Source of the DNA: Candidatus Eiseniibacteriota bacterium
Lineage (GTDB): Bacteria; Eisenbacteria; RBG-16-71-46
Reading direction: 5' to 3'
Assembly (NCBI GenBank): GCA_963744995.1
Contig: CAVUWA010000002.1
Location: 736,001-800,000, forward strand
Length of the DNA: 64,000 nucleotides
Below are positions 34,721 to 43,754 of this stretch, one piece after another (positions within the stretch are counted from its first letter, which is position 1; every line of letters starts with the position of its first letter). The notes below the pieces were generated by a model. It was not told the DNA's origin. It saw only the letters and a program-made list of their open reading frames with translations, and ran no database searches. The translations under genes and the position numbers were made by a program.

Positions 34721-35156
34721 TCCCAGCACGCGATCGCCGTTCGCGCGCGTGGCGCGCGCGGCCCTCGAGCAGGGCGTGCAGGAGGCGCGCACGCAGGCGG
34801 CGGTGTGGGGGAGCAAGCCGAACTTCATCTGGGTGCGCTGGGCGCTGCCGGACGGCTGGTACGCATCGATCGGCCTGCGCCGCCACCTCGACTGGGTGAC
34901 GGGCGAGCTCGGCATGAGCCGCACGACGGCGGATCTCGACACGCTGCCTCTCCTCACCCGGCCGCGCTTCGATACCGCCGAGGTGCTGGAGCAGGGCGGG
35001 CGCGTGCGGCTGGGTCTGCTGCTGCACGACGAAGACACCTGGTGGCCGGGCGGGGGCAGCGAGAGCGAGCTGGCGGAAACGCTGGGGCGGCTCGCGCTCC
35101 AGCTCCGGGTCAAGGCCGAGCGGCTGCTGCACGCCCACGTCGGACCGGGCGCTTGA
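34710..35156 (+). CDS. Hypothetical protein
   Basis: GTG with SD GGAGG; overlaps both neighbours; globular-looking Trp-rich sequence. Confidence 0.65.
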   Translation: MNRDPSTRSPFARVARAALEQGVQEARTQAAVWGSKPNFIWVRWALPDGWYASIGLRRHLDWVTGELGMSRTTADLDTLPLLTRPRFDTAEVLEQGGRVRLGLLLHDEDTWWPGGGSESELAETLGRLALQLRVKAERLLHAHVGPGA

Positions 35157-36259
35157 GGCGCGCGCTCGCGCGCGTGGCACTCGCCGTCTGCGCCGCGCTC
35201 CTGCTGGGCGCCTCCAACGCCTGCTCGGATCTGCGCATCACCCCGGTCGGCCGGTTCGACTTCGAAGGTGGTGCGAGCGCGAACCCTGCGCGCGTCGGTG
35301 AGGAGCTGAGCGGGCTGGTGCGCCTCGCCGGCGACACCTACGTCGCGGTGAGCGATGAACACGCCTGCGCGCACGTGCTGCGCATCGAGGTCGATCCCGA
35401 CTCGGGATCGATCCGCGCCGCGACCTTCCTGCGCGCGATCCCGCTCACCGACGCCGCCGGCGTGAGTCTCGAAGACGGTCACGGACCTTCGGATCGCGAA
35501 GGCGTCGCGATCGACACCACGGCGGGACTCCTGTGGATCGCGCACGAGTCGGCCGGGCCCGGCACGGCCGGTCCGGCGATCGCCGCATACGGACTGGACG
35601 ACGGGCGCCTGCGCCGCGAAATCGACCCGGCATCCGCGCCCGCTCTGGCGGTCTACGCGAACATCCGCGCCAACCGCGGTTTCGAGTCGCTCACCCGCCG
35701 CGCCGACGGCGGCGGGGCGTGGACCGCGAACGAAGAGGCGCTCACGGTCGACGGCCCGGCCCCGTCGGCGACCGCGGGCACGCTCGTGCGGCTCGAGCGC
35801 ATGGACGGCGCGTTCCGGCCGCTCGCCCAGTACGCGTATGAAGTGGATCCGCTGGACGGGCCGATCACGTTCCCGCCGCAGCTCGCCGGCCGCGAGGTCA
35901 GCGGCGTCAGCGACCTGCTCGCACTGCCCGACGGCTCGCTGCTGGTGCTCGAGCGCGAATTCGCCGCGGGCGCGAGCGGCATTCCGTCGAACCGCATCCG
36001 CATCTATCTCGCCGACTGGAAGAACGCGACCGACGTGTCGAAGGGGAAATTCGCAGGCGGTCTCGCCGGGCGTGCGTTCAGGCCGGTGCGGAAGAAGCGC
36101 CTCGCCGAGCTGACCTTTCCGCTCAGCAACTCGAACTTCGAAGGAATCGCGCTCGGCCCGCGCCTTGCGAACGGCGACCACAGTCTGCTGCTGGTCGCCG
36201 ACAACCAGGCGGGCACCATGCAGGCGCTGTACGCACTGCGGCTCGCCGGGCTGAAGTAG
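35153..36259 (+). CDS. Esterase-like activity of phytase family protein (secreted beta-propeller)
   Basis: TTGA overlap, signal peptide, ELSGL, AVSD, DREGVA, NRGFESL, LLVLER, NFEGIA, LVADN. Confidence 0.88.
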   Translation: MRRALARVALAVCAALLLGASNACSDLRITPVGRFDFEGGASANPARVGEELSGLVRLAGDTYVAVSDEHACAHVLRIEVDPDSGSIRAATFLRAIPLTDAAGVSLEDGHGPSDREGVAIDTTAGLLWIAHESAGPGTAGPAIAAYGLDDGRLRREIDPASAPALAVYANIRANRGFESLTRRADGGGAWTANEEALTVDGPAPSATAGTLVRLERMDGAFRPLAQYAYEVDPLDGPITFPPQLAGREVSGVSDLLALPDGSLLVLEREFAAGASGIPSNRIRIYLADWKNATDVSKGKFAGGLAGRAFRPVRKKRLAELTFPLSNSNFEGIALGPRLANGDHSLLLVADNQAGTMQALYALRLAGLK

Positions 36260-36325
36260 CGGACGGAGGCGGGACGCCCCGCCGGTCCGCCCGGAGATCG
36301 CCGGCGCGCGGGACGCGGCTTCGAC

Positions 36326-36607
36326 TCAACCGCCGCTGATCGCCGGGATGATCGAGATCTCGTCGCGGTCGGCGAGCGGCGTCCCGAGTCCGCCCGTGTA
36401 GCGGATGCTCTCGTCGCCGACGAACACGTTGACGTGCGGGCGCACCTCGCCGGTCTCGGTGACGACGCGATCGCGGACGCCGGGATGCACGGCCCACACC
36501 TGCTCGAGGGCGGCGCGAACCGTGGCCGGGACCGCGTCGAGCTGCACGCGGTCCCGGCCGCCGGTGAACTGGCGCAGGTAGCCCGGAATGTGGACGACGA
36601 CGCCCAC
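36326..36607 (-). CDS. MoaD/ThiS-family ubiquitin-like protein
   Basis: 93 aa, IPGYLRQFTGG, HVNVFV, C-terminal IIPAISGG. Confidence 0.93.
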   Translation of the reverse strand: MGVVVHIPGYLRQFTGGRDRVQLDAVPATVRAALEQVWAVHPGVRDRVVTETGEVRPHVNVFVGDESIRYTGGLGTPLADRDEISIIPAISGG

Positions 36608-37926
36608 TACTTCTTCTTCGGGCGCCGCGCCGGCTTACGCTTCGCCGCCGCCTTCTTTTTCGCCGGCCGCCGGGCCGCGCGCGCGGGTTTGCGCGGCGCC
36701 GCCTTCTTCACGGACTTCTGCTTCGCGGCCTTCCTCGCCGGCTTCTTCTTCGCAGCGGACTTCTGCTTCGCCCCGCCCGCCTTCGGTACCCGGATCTTCG
36801 CCGGATCGCCCACCGCGTATGCCTTGACGCACACCACCGGGGGCAGGCCGCCGAGCACCTCGCCCCAGTGCGCGCCGCCGTCCGCCGAGCCGTAGACCGA
36901 CCCGCTGCGGGTGCCGAAGTAGATTCCGGCCGGGTTCAGCGGGTCGGTGCTCATCGCATCGCGCAGGATCGTCTCGAGCGCGTTCGCCTGCGGGAGACCC
37001 GCGGTGAGGGCTTCCCACTTGCCGCCGCCGTCGCGCGTCCGGTACACGCGCAGCCTGCCCTCGGGCGTGCAGCGGAACTGATCGGACTCGAGCGGCACGA
37101 TGTACGCCGTCTCGGGGTCGTGCGGGTGCACGACGATCGGAAAGCCGAAGTCGCTCGGCACGCCGTTCGCCACGTCCTGCCACGAACGGCCGAAGTCGTC
37201 GGAGCGGTAGAGGCCCCAGTGGTTCTGCAGGTACAGGCGGTCGGGTTTCGCCGGGTTCATGGCGATCTTGTGCACGCACTGTCCGAACTCCGGGTACTTG
37301 TCCGGCATGAACTCGGCGCGGATGCCTTTGTTGCTCACTTCCCAGGTGCGGCCGCCGTCCTCGGTGCGGTAGACGCCGGCCGCCGAGACCGCGATCAGCA
37401 TGCGCTCGGGGCGCGCCGGATCCTGCACGATCGTGTGCAGGCACAGACCGCCCGCGCCCGGCTGCCAGCGCGGGCGATGCTCGTGGTTCCAGAGCCCTTC
37501 GTTGAGCGCCCAGGTCGCGCCGCCGTCATGCGACGCGAACAGCGCCGCCGGCTGCACGCCGGCATACAGCGTGTCCGGCTCCTCCGCGCGGCCCGGCAGG
37601 ATCTGCCAGATGCGCGCGATCGAGGCGCCGGTCTCCTCCGGGAACTTGACCGCGTAGCGGTCGGGCTCGGTCCAGGAGCGGCCGAAGTCGTCGGTGTGGG
37701 CGAGGGCGGTGCCCCAGAATTCGCTGCCGGGCGAGGCCCACACGCGGCGGCGGCTCGCGCGCTGGTCGTACGCCATCGCGTAGACGGCCATGCCGGGGAA
37801 GTACGGCCCGCCGACATCCCACTTCCTGCGTGCCGCGTTCGAACGCAGCACGAACGCGCCTTTCATGGTGCCGACGAGCAACAGGACGTCGCCGTCCTTG
37901 ACCGAAGCGTGCCGAACGGTGGCCAT
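36607..37926 (-). CDS. Cytoplasmic BNR/sialidase-like beta-propeller with histone-H1-like tail
   Basis: LLVGTMKG, several (S/T)xD.G.(S/T)W Asp-boxes, GQCVHK, LQNHWGLYRSDD, PSDFGFP; no signal peptide; about 55-aa K/A/P/R tail. Confidence 0.88.
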   Translation of the reverse strand: MATVRHASVKDGDVLLLVGTMKGAFVLRSNAARRKWDVGGPYFPGMAVYAMAYDQRASRRRVWASPGSEFWGTALAHTDDFGRSWTEPDRYAVKFPEETGASIARIWQILPGRAEEPDTLYAGVQPAALFASHDGGATWALNEGLWNHEHRPRWQPGAGGLCLHTIVQDPARPERMLIAVSAAGVYRTEDGGRTWEVSNKGIRAEFMPDKYPEFGQCVHKIAMNPAKPDRLYLQNHWGLYRSDDFGRSWQDVANGVPSDFGFPIVVHPHDPETAYIVPLESDQFRCTPEGRLRVYRTRDGGGKWEALTAGLPQANALETILRDAMSTDPLNPAGIYFGTRSGSVYGSADGGAHWGEVLGGLPPVVCVKAYAVGDPAKIRVPKAGGAKQKSAAKKKPARKAAKQKSVKKAAPRKPARAARRPAKKKAAAKRKPARRPKKK

Positions 37927-38076
37927 GCATCCTCCCGATGGATCAGTTCAGCCGGCGCGGAGCCGGTGTGGCGATCAGGGCGTCTGAGCGGGGACGGGGC
38001 CAGACGCTAATGGCTTCCGCTCGCGGGTCGCAAGGCGAGAATGGCGAACGGGGGTCGGGGCCCGACGGACGGACCT

Positions 38077-38110
38077 GCGCCGGGACCGGGGCGGGCACCG
38101 GTCCCGGCGC
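38077..38110. terminator. 13-bp hairpin downstream of the Memo gene
   Basis: GCGCCGGGACCGG-N8-CCGGTCCCGGCGC. Confidence 0.5.
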
Positions 38111-38134
38111 GTCTGCCGGTGCGGTGGGCGAGGC

Positions 38135-39535
38135 TCAGCGCCATTCCATCGCGGCCACGCTGACGAAGCTCGTGTCGGGCTCCGCCGAGCGCTCGTAGTG
38201 GAGCAGCCGGCCGCCGGGCGGCGCGGGCCCCAGCATCTCGAGCATCACGTACATGGGTGCGAAACCGCAGATCCGGGTCGAGTCCTGATGGGCCGCGATC
38301 GTCGTGAACCACTTCCCGGGGTCGCCACTGCGGGCCGCCGCGAGCGCGTCACGATCGATCTTCTCGACGTCGAGAGTGGTGCGCTCGTCGACCGACGGGT
38401 CGCCGAAGCGCGGGCCGACGTGGGAGAAGTCCACCGAGGCGAGCAGCACCGTGTCCCCGCCCTGCTCCGCGGCCGTCGCCTTGAGCGCGGCGAGCAGCGC
38501 CTGGAAGCCCGCGTCGTCGCCCGGCGTCCTGCCGTCCTCGACGAGGTGGTGGAATCCGCCGACGAGGATCGGAACGATCCTGATGCGATCGCCGAGCCGG
38601 TGCCGGAGGTAGAGCGCCGCGAACTCGATCGAGTGTTCCTCGCGGTGGCCGAGTTCGCCGTGCCAGGCATCCGCGCCGATGCGCGCCGCGAGCGCGTCCA
38701 CGAACGCGGTGTCGGTCTCGACGCGGCCGAGAGGGGTGTCGTAGTGCTTGCGCGTGAGCGCGAAGAGATCGTCGAACAGGGAGTGCCCGGTGCCGAGCAC
38801 GACGACCCGCAGCGGGCCGCCGCTCGCATCGCCGAGCGGCAGGATGCCCTGGGCGATCGTCGCTCCGGTGCGGCGCGGGTCGAGGTGGGGCACCATGACG
38901 GCGCGTGGCCGTGCGTTCCCGGTACCGGCCGGCTCCTCGGCCGGCACGCGCTCGGCTGCCGCGGCGAACTGCGCGTCGAGATACTGCTTCAGCTGCTCCG
39001 GCTCCGCGGGGTAGGAGCGGCCCGCGAAGACCGCGTGGCGGATCTCGAGCGGGTGGTACTCGTCGCGCAGCGCCTGGTAGGCCTGCTCGAAGCGCGGCGA
39101 TTCGAGCATCAGCATCTCGTCGAGCTGCGCCACGAACTCACGCACCATGTTGCCGACACGGATGTCCTTGTTCTCGCGCATGAGGGCCGCGGTGATGTCG
39201 GTGATCGAGGTGCGGCCGTCGAAGAGCTGCATGAGCCCCAGCGCCTCGATCGCCAGCACCGGCTGGCCGGGAATCACGCCGAGCGGGTCGTTTATCACCA
39301 GCAGCTCGCGTTCTCCATCCCGTACGGGCATCAGCATGAGGGGCCTCAGCCGCGGGAACTCGGGGATGTCTTCGGCCTCCTCGCGGGCGACGCCCGGGGG
39401 CAGAATGATGCGCGGGCCCTGCTCCGGCCCGGCCGGGTCCCCGGCCGCGCCGCCGGGCCCGCCCGTGGGGCCTGGCTCCTGTTCCTGTCCCGGAATGATG
39501 ATCCTGCCGGGGCGCTTCGGGTCGTTTTCGGACAT
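38135..39535 (-). CDS. amrB: AmmeMemoRadiSam system protein B (Memo family) with N-terminal extension
   Basis: AGRSYP, PHLD, GTGH, TPLG, EHSIE, SVDFSHVG, ICG motifs; about 130-aa extra N-terminal region. Confidence 0.85.
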   Translation of the reverse strand: MSENDPKRPGRIIIPGQEQEPGPTGGPGGAAGDPAGPEQGPRIILPPGVAREEAEDIPEFPRLRPLMLMPVRDGERELLVINDPLGVIPGQPVLAIEALGLMQLFDGRTSITDITAALMRENKDIRVGNMVREFVAQLDEMLMLESPRFEQAYQALRDEYHPLEIRHAVFAGRSYPAEPEQLKQYLDAQFAAAAERVPAEEPAGTGNARPRAVMVPHLDPRRTGATIAQGILPLGDASGGPLRVVVLGTGHSLFDDLFALTRKHYDTPLGRVETDTAFVDALAARIGADAWHGELGHREEHSIEFAALYLRHRLGDRIRIVPILVGGFHHLVEDGRTPGDDAGFQALLAALKATAAEQGGDTVLLASVDFSHVGPRFGDPSVDERTTLDVEKIDRDALAAARSGDPGKWFTTIAAHQDSTRICGFAPMYVMLEMLGPAPPGGRLLHYERSAEPDTSFVSVAAMEWR

Positions 39536-39781
39536 CGTTTCTCCAGATCTGGAAGGGTCAGCGCGGGAGTGTAGCGGCTCTCGTCGCGCCGGGAAAACAC
39601 TGGGCGTGGCCCCCGCGCGTGCCGAAAACAGGAAAATGCGTGCGGCAGCGGTGAATTTCGTTCATATTCTGCACTCGGGCCAAGAAGGCTCGTGTCGTGG
39701 TTCCACACTTCGACTGAAACCGCCTGGACGCGGTTCGGGGCCGGGCCGATTCGCGCCCCGCGCCGGGAGGAAGCACCGCCG

Positions 39782-40648
39782 GTGAATCCATCCGACGGAG
39801 CCGTACCCGCCACCGCCATCGAACTTCGCATCAACAAAGCGCTCACGCTGCCGGGCCGTGCCTGGTGCGCCGAAGCGCCGCGCGCGCTGGTCGCGATCGT
39901 GCACGGGCTGGGCGAGCACTGCGGCCGCTACGCCGCGCTCGGCTCCGATCTGGTCAAGAAGCGCTACACCGTGGTCGCGCTGGACCTGCCCGGCCACGGC
40001 GAAGCACCGGGACCGCGCGGCGACTTTCCCTCCTGGGACCAGGTGCGCGATCACATCGTGCCCGCCATGTTCACGGCGTCCCGCGGCCTGCCCGGCCAGC
40101 CGTTCGATCTGCCGGTGATCCTGATCGGCCACAGCATGGGAGGCGTGATCGCGCTCGACTATGCGCTCGCGCATCCGCGCACGCTGCTCGCCGTCGTCGC
40201 TTCCGGGCCGGCGCTGCGCTCGACCATGCCGCCGTGGTGGAAACTCGCGCTGGCCAACGTCGCCAAGGCGACCGCCCCGTCCATCGGATTCGCGCACGGG
40301 CTGGACGAGAGCGGCATCTCGCGCGATCCCGAGGTCATGAAGGCGCGCGCCGAGGATCCGCTGATGCACGACCGCATCAGCCCGCGTCTGTACTTCGCGC
40401 TGCGCGAGGCGCAGCAGCGCGTGCTGCGCGAAGCGCGCCAGCTGCAGGTTCCGACCCTGCTCCAGCAGGGCGCCGCCGACCGCGTGGTGGACCCGCGCGG
40501 CGCGCTGGAGTTCAACGGCGCGGCGCCGCACGGCATGGCGCGGCTGATCACCTACCAGGACGGCTATCACGAGGTCTACAACGACCTCAGCCGCGGAAAG
40601 GCGATCCAGGATCTGGTGGGATGGATGGAGGCGGTGGTGGTGGTGTAG
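39782..40648 (+). CDS. Lysophospholipase/monoacylglycerol lipase (alpha/beta hydrolase)
   Basis: VHGLGEHCGRY, DLPGHG, GHSMGG, GAADRVV, YHEV. Confidence 0.92.
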   Translation: MNPSDGAVPATAIELRINKALTLPGRAWCAEAPRALVAIVHGLGEHCGRYAALGSDLVKKRYTVVALDLPGHGEAPGPRGDFPSWDQVRDHIVPAMFTASRGLPGQPFDLPVILIGHSMGGVIALDYALAHPRTLLAVVASGPALRSTMPPWWKLALANVAKATAPSIGFAHGLDESGISRDPEVMKARAEDPLMHDRISPRLYFALREAQQRVLREARQLQVPTLLQQGAADRVVDPRGALEFNGAAPHGMARLITYQDGYHEVYNDLSRGKAIQDLVGWMEAVVVV

Positions 40649-40671
40649 CGTCGCTGGTAGATTCCGGCCCC

Positions 40672-41334
40672 ATGCGTTCGAGCCCTCGAACTCCTCCATC
40701 CCTTTCGGCAGCGGCCTCGCTTGCGGTGCTGCTGCTGATCCCTGCGGTGCCCCGCGCGGCAGTCGCGGAGCCCGCGCGGGCCGAGCCCCGGCTGCGAATC
40801 GCCACCACGGGTGTCGTGCACGCCGGCGACGTGATCGAGATCGCTTTCGAGGGCGACGTCGAAGAGGTGCGTGAGTTCGAGATCCTGATGTCGCTCGACG
40901 GCGGGCATCACTACAAGATGCAGATCACGCCCGAGCTGAACGCGTACACGCCGCGCTTTTTCTGGCGCGTGCCCGACGTCGAATGCCCGGAGCTGCGCCT
41001 CAAGCTCCGCTACCACCGCGATGGGCGCGAGCGTGAGGCTTCGACCGATGCGGCGCTGCACGTGATCGCGCGCGGGGACGATCCGGCCACCTGGCGCACC
41101 GTGCCCCTGGCCGCCGATGCCGGCGAGACGCCGCGGCCCCTGCGTCGCGGCGAATCGAATCCCGGTGGTCCACAGGGCGCGGGCGCCGATCGCGAGAGGG
41201 CCGTCGCCGAGCCCACCCCGCGGTCGGACGGTGTCCCGGTCGCGCGCCCCGCGACGCCGGCGCTGCGGGCCGACGCCTTCCGCCGTCCCGCACGCGTCCG
41301 CGCGACGCCGCTCTACACGCCGCCGCGGAATTGA
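40672..41334 (+). CDS. Secreted protein: small Ig-like domain + Pro/Arg-rich tail
   Basis: Signal peptide; EFEILMSLDGG...WRVP beta domain; disordered tail ending TPLYTPPRN. Confidence 0.65.
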   Translation: MRSSPRTPPSLSAAASLAVLLLIPAVPRAAVAEPARAEPRLRIATTGVVHAGDVIEIAFEGDVEEVREFEILMSLDGGHHYKMQITPELNAYTPRFFWRVPDVECPELRLKLRYHRDGREREASTDAALHVIARGDDPATWRTVPLAADAGETPRPLRRGESNPGGPQGAGADRERAVAEPTPRSDGVPVARPATPALRADAFRRPARVRATPLYTPPRN

Positions 41335-41450
41335 TCCCCGCTTCCAGCGGAGTCGCCCCTTCCATCTGACTCGTCGTGCCCGCCGCGGCGGGGCGCGTGC
41401 ATGCGCCCGGCCGCCGCGAGCGCATGCATTCGACCGAAAGGAACGGAATC

Positions 41451-43604
41451 TTGAACGTCATGATCCCGTCTCACCCGCTCGGGCGGGCGCTCGCATGCCT
41501 TGCCCTGACCTTCGCCCTCGCGGGCCCGCCGTCGCCGGCCCGGGCCGCCGATGCGCCGCCCGACACCATGGTCGTCCAGCATCCCGAGGTCGTCGTCTCG
41601 GCGACACGCACGCCGCGCAAGCAGGTGGACCTGCCGAACGCGACGGCAGTGGTCACCGGGGCGGAGCTCCGGCGGCGCGGCGTGCGCACGCTCGCCGAGG
41701 CGCTGCAGGGCGTCGCCGGCCTCGACACCGGCGAGGGCTCGGACAACGGCGGCCGTCTGCCCAACGTCGGCATGTGGGGCCTCAAGGAATTCGACGCGCT
41801 GCTGTTCACCCTCAACGGCGTGCCGGTCGGCGGTCCTTTCAACCCGTCGCTCGCGCAGATCCCGATCGAGGACATCGAGCGCATCGAGGTGCTCAAGGGA
41901 CCGCAGGGCACGATGTACGGGGTTTCGGCTTTCGCCGGAATGATCTCGGTTTACACACGGCAGCCGGCATCGGGCGGCGAGATCGCCGCGGGCGGCGGCT
42001 CGTTCGAACAGGGCGGCGGCCACTTCAACTGGGGCAGGTCGCTGCCCGACGGGCAGCGCGTGAGCGCGAACGGATCCTTCTACCGGACCGGCGGCTGGCA
42101 GGATCGCACCGAAGGCGAGTCGTTCCGCGGCGGCCTCACCTATGGGTTCGATCTCGGCGAGGGCCGCATGACGCTGGACCTCATGGGCGTGAATGACGAG
42201 CAGGACTGGGGCTCGCCGCTGCCGTACGAGGACGGTGTTCTGCTGAAGGGCTTCAGGATCGACCGCAACTACGCGGTCGGCGGCGCCGAGGTCAAGCATC
42301 GTGTGTTCGGCGCGACGTCGCGGCTCACCTGGCCGGTGGGCGCTGCGCATCGCTTCGAGAACACGCTCGGCTGGACGAGCGACAGGCAGGATTACCTGCG
42401 CAGCTTCCCGGGCGAGGTCATGGGCGGCGACACCCTGGAGTCCACGGCGCTCGAGTTGGAGCCCACCGAGAGCTCGCTCTACGAAGACGCGCGCTTCCTC
42501 GCAAACTTCGAGGCCGGCGGGCGCCACGAGCTGGTGACGGGGGCCTCGCTCACCTGGGGCGAGACGAAGGGCGACGGTCGCGAGTTCGAGTTCGACCAGC
42601 TGCTGTCGGCATATCCGATGATCCCGTCGGCTGCTCGAATCGCGGGCGGCGACGATCGCGAATTCGAGGACCGGCGCACGTTCTTCGGCCTCTATGCCCA
42701 TGATGCATGGACGCCGCACGAGCGGCTGACGCTCGAGGGAGGCCTGCGCTTCGACGCGGTGCGCGAAGAGCTCGAGACCGAAGCGGATCTGGCGGGCGGG
42801 CCCGTGCCGGTCCGCGACGAGCGCGAGGACTCGGACGTCTCGGGTGACGTGTCGGCGCTCGTGCGCCTGCTGCCGAAGGCAGGTGTGAAGGACGTGCAGA
42901 CGGTGAACCTGTACGGCTCGGTGCGACGCGCGTTCAAGCCGGCGGCGCCGAATCTCGCCGAGGCCGAGGCCGCGGAGATTCTCGAGCCCGAGCATACGAC
43001 TTCGTGGGAAGTCGGCATGAAGACACGTGCGTTCCGACAGGTGGCGCTCGATCTGTCGTATTTCGACATGACGTTCGAGAACGTAGTCGTGTCGATCCTC
43101 GGCGCCGGCGGCGGGCCCGAGCTCACCAACGCGGGCAAGGAGCGTTTCAAGGGCTTCGAAGCTTCGCTGCACTGGGCGCCGGCGATGCTGTCCGGCAGCT
43201 CGATCGACGTCGGCTACGCCCACCACGACGCGCGCTTCGTGGACTTCACGTTCGTGACCCCCGACAGCGTGCTGCGCGACGTGGGCGGCAACCGGCTCGA
43301 GCTGGTGCCGCGCGAGATGGTGAACGTGCGGATCAACGGACGCTCGCCGCTGGGCCTCGGCGCGTGGGCGGCGTTGCGCTACCAGGGGGAGCGGCCGTTC
43401 AACCGGCGCAACACGTTCTTCGCCGACGCGTTCACCGAGTGGGACGCGGGCGCATCGTACGAGCGCGGCGCGTGGCGGGTGGCGGTCACCGGTCGCAACC
43501 TCGGCGACGACCGTCACGTCGTCACCGAGAGCGAGATCGGCGATTCGCAGTTCTACGTCGCGCCGCCCAGGCGGGTGACGGGGGAGGTCGCGTGGCGATT
43601 CTAG
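41451..43604 (+). CDS. TonB-dependent receptor
   Basis: TonB-box-like EVVVSATR, plug IERIEVLKGPQGTMYG, barrel strands, RNLGD, C-terminal WRF; start TTG 41451 or ATG 41460. Confidence 0.95.
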   Translation: MNVMIPSHPLGRALACLALTFALAGPPSPARAADAPPDTMVVQHPEVVVSATRTPRKQVDLPNATAVVTGAELRRRGVRTLAEALQGVAGLDTGEGSDNGGRLPNVGMWGLKEFDALLFTLNGVPVGGPFNPSLAQIPIEDIERIEVLKGPQGTMYGVSAFAGMISVYTRQPASGGEIAAGGGSFEQGGGHFNWGRSLPDGQRVSANGSFYRTGGWQDRTEGESFRGGLTYGFDLGEGRMTLDLMGVNDEQDWGSPLPYEDGVLLKGFRIDRNYAVGGAEVKHRVFGATSRLTWPVGAAHRFENTLGWTSDRQDYLRSFPGEVMGGDTLESTALELEPTESSLYEDARFLANFEAGGRHELVTGASLTWGETKGDGREFEFDQLLSAYPMIPSAARIAGGDDREFEDRRTFFGLYAHDAWTPHERLTLEGGLRFDAVREELETEADLAGGPVPVRDEREDSDVSGDVSALVRLLPKAGVKDVQTVNLYGSVRRAFKPAAPNLAEAEAAEILEPEHTTSWEVGMKTRAFRQVALDLSYFDMTFENVVVSILGAGGGPELTNAGKERFKGFEASLHWAPAMLSGSSIDVGYAHHDARFVDFTFVTPDSVLRDVGGNRLELVPREMVNVRINGRSPLGLGAWAALRYQGERPFNRRNTFFADAFTEWDAGASYERGAWRVAVTGRNLGDDRHVVTESEIGDSQFYVAPPRRVTGEVAWRF

Positions 43605-43754
43605 GGTGAAGCGTCGCGGCGCGGAGTGAAGTCCGACCCCGCGCCGCCGGCAGCGTTCTGCGGGCGAGCACGGCCGCGTTTCGGCCGGCGCCAGCGCCAC
43701 CGGCGGTCTGCGGGTCGCGTTTGCGCTGACCCGCAAATCCGCTACCTTCGCGCG

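Noticed and set aside
29634..38110. REP-like family from two hairpins sharing GGGACCGG/CCGGTCCC
   Set aside because: Only two instances with opposite arm order; adequately explained as separate terminator-like stems.
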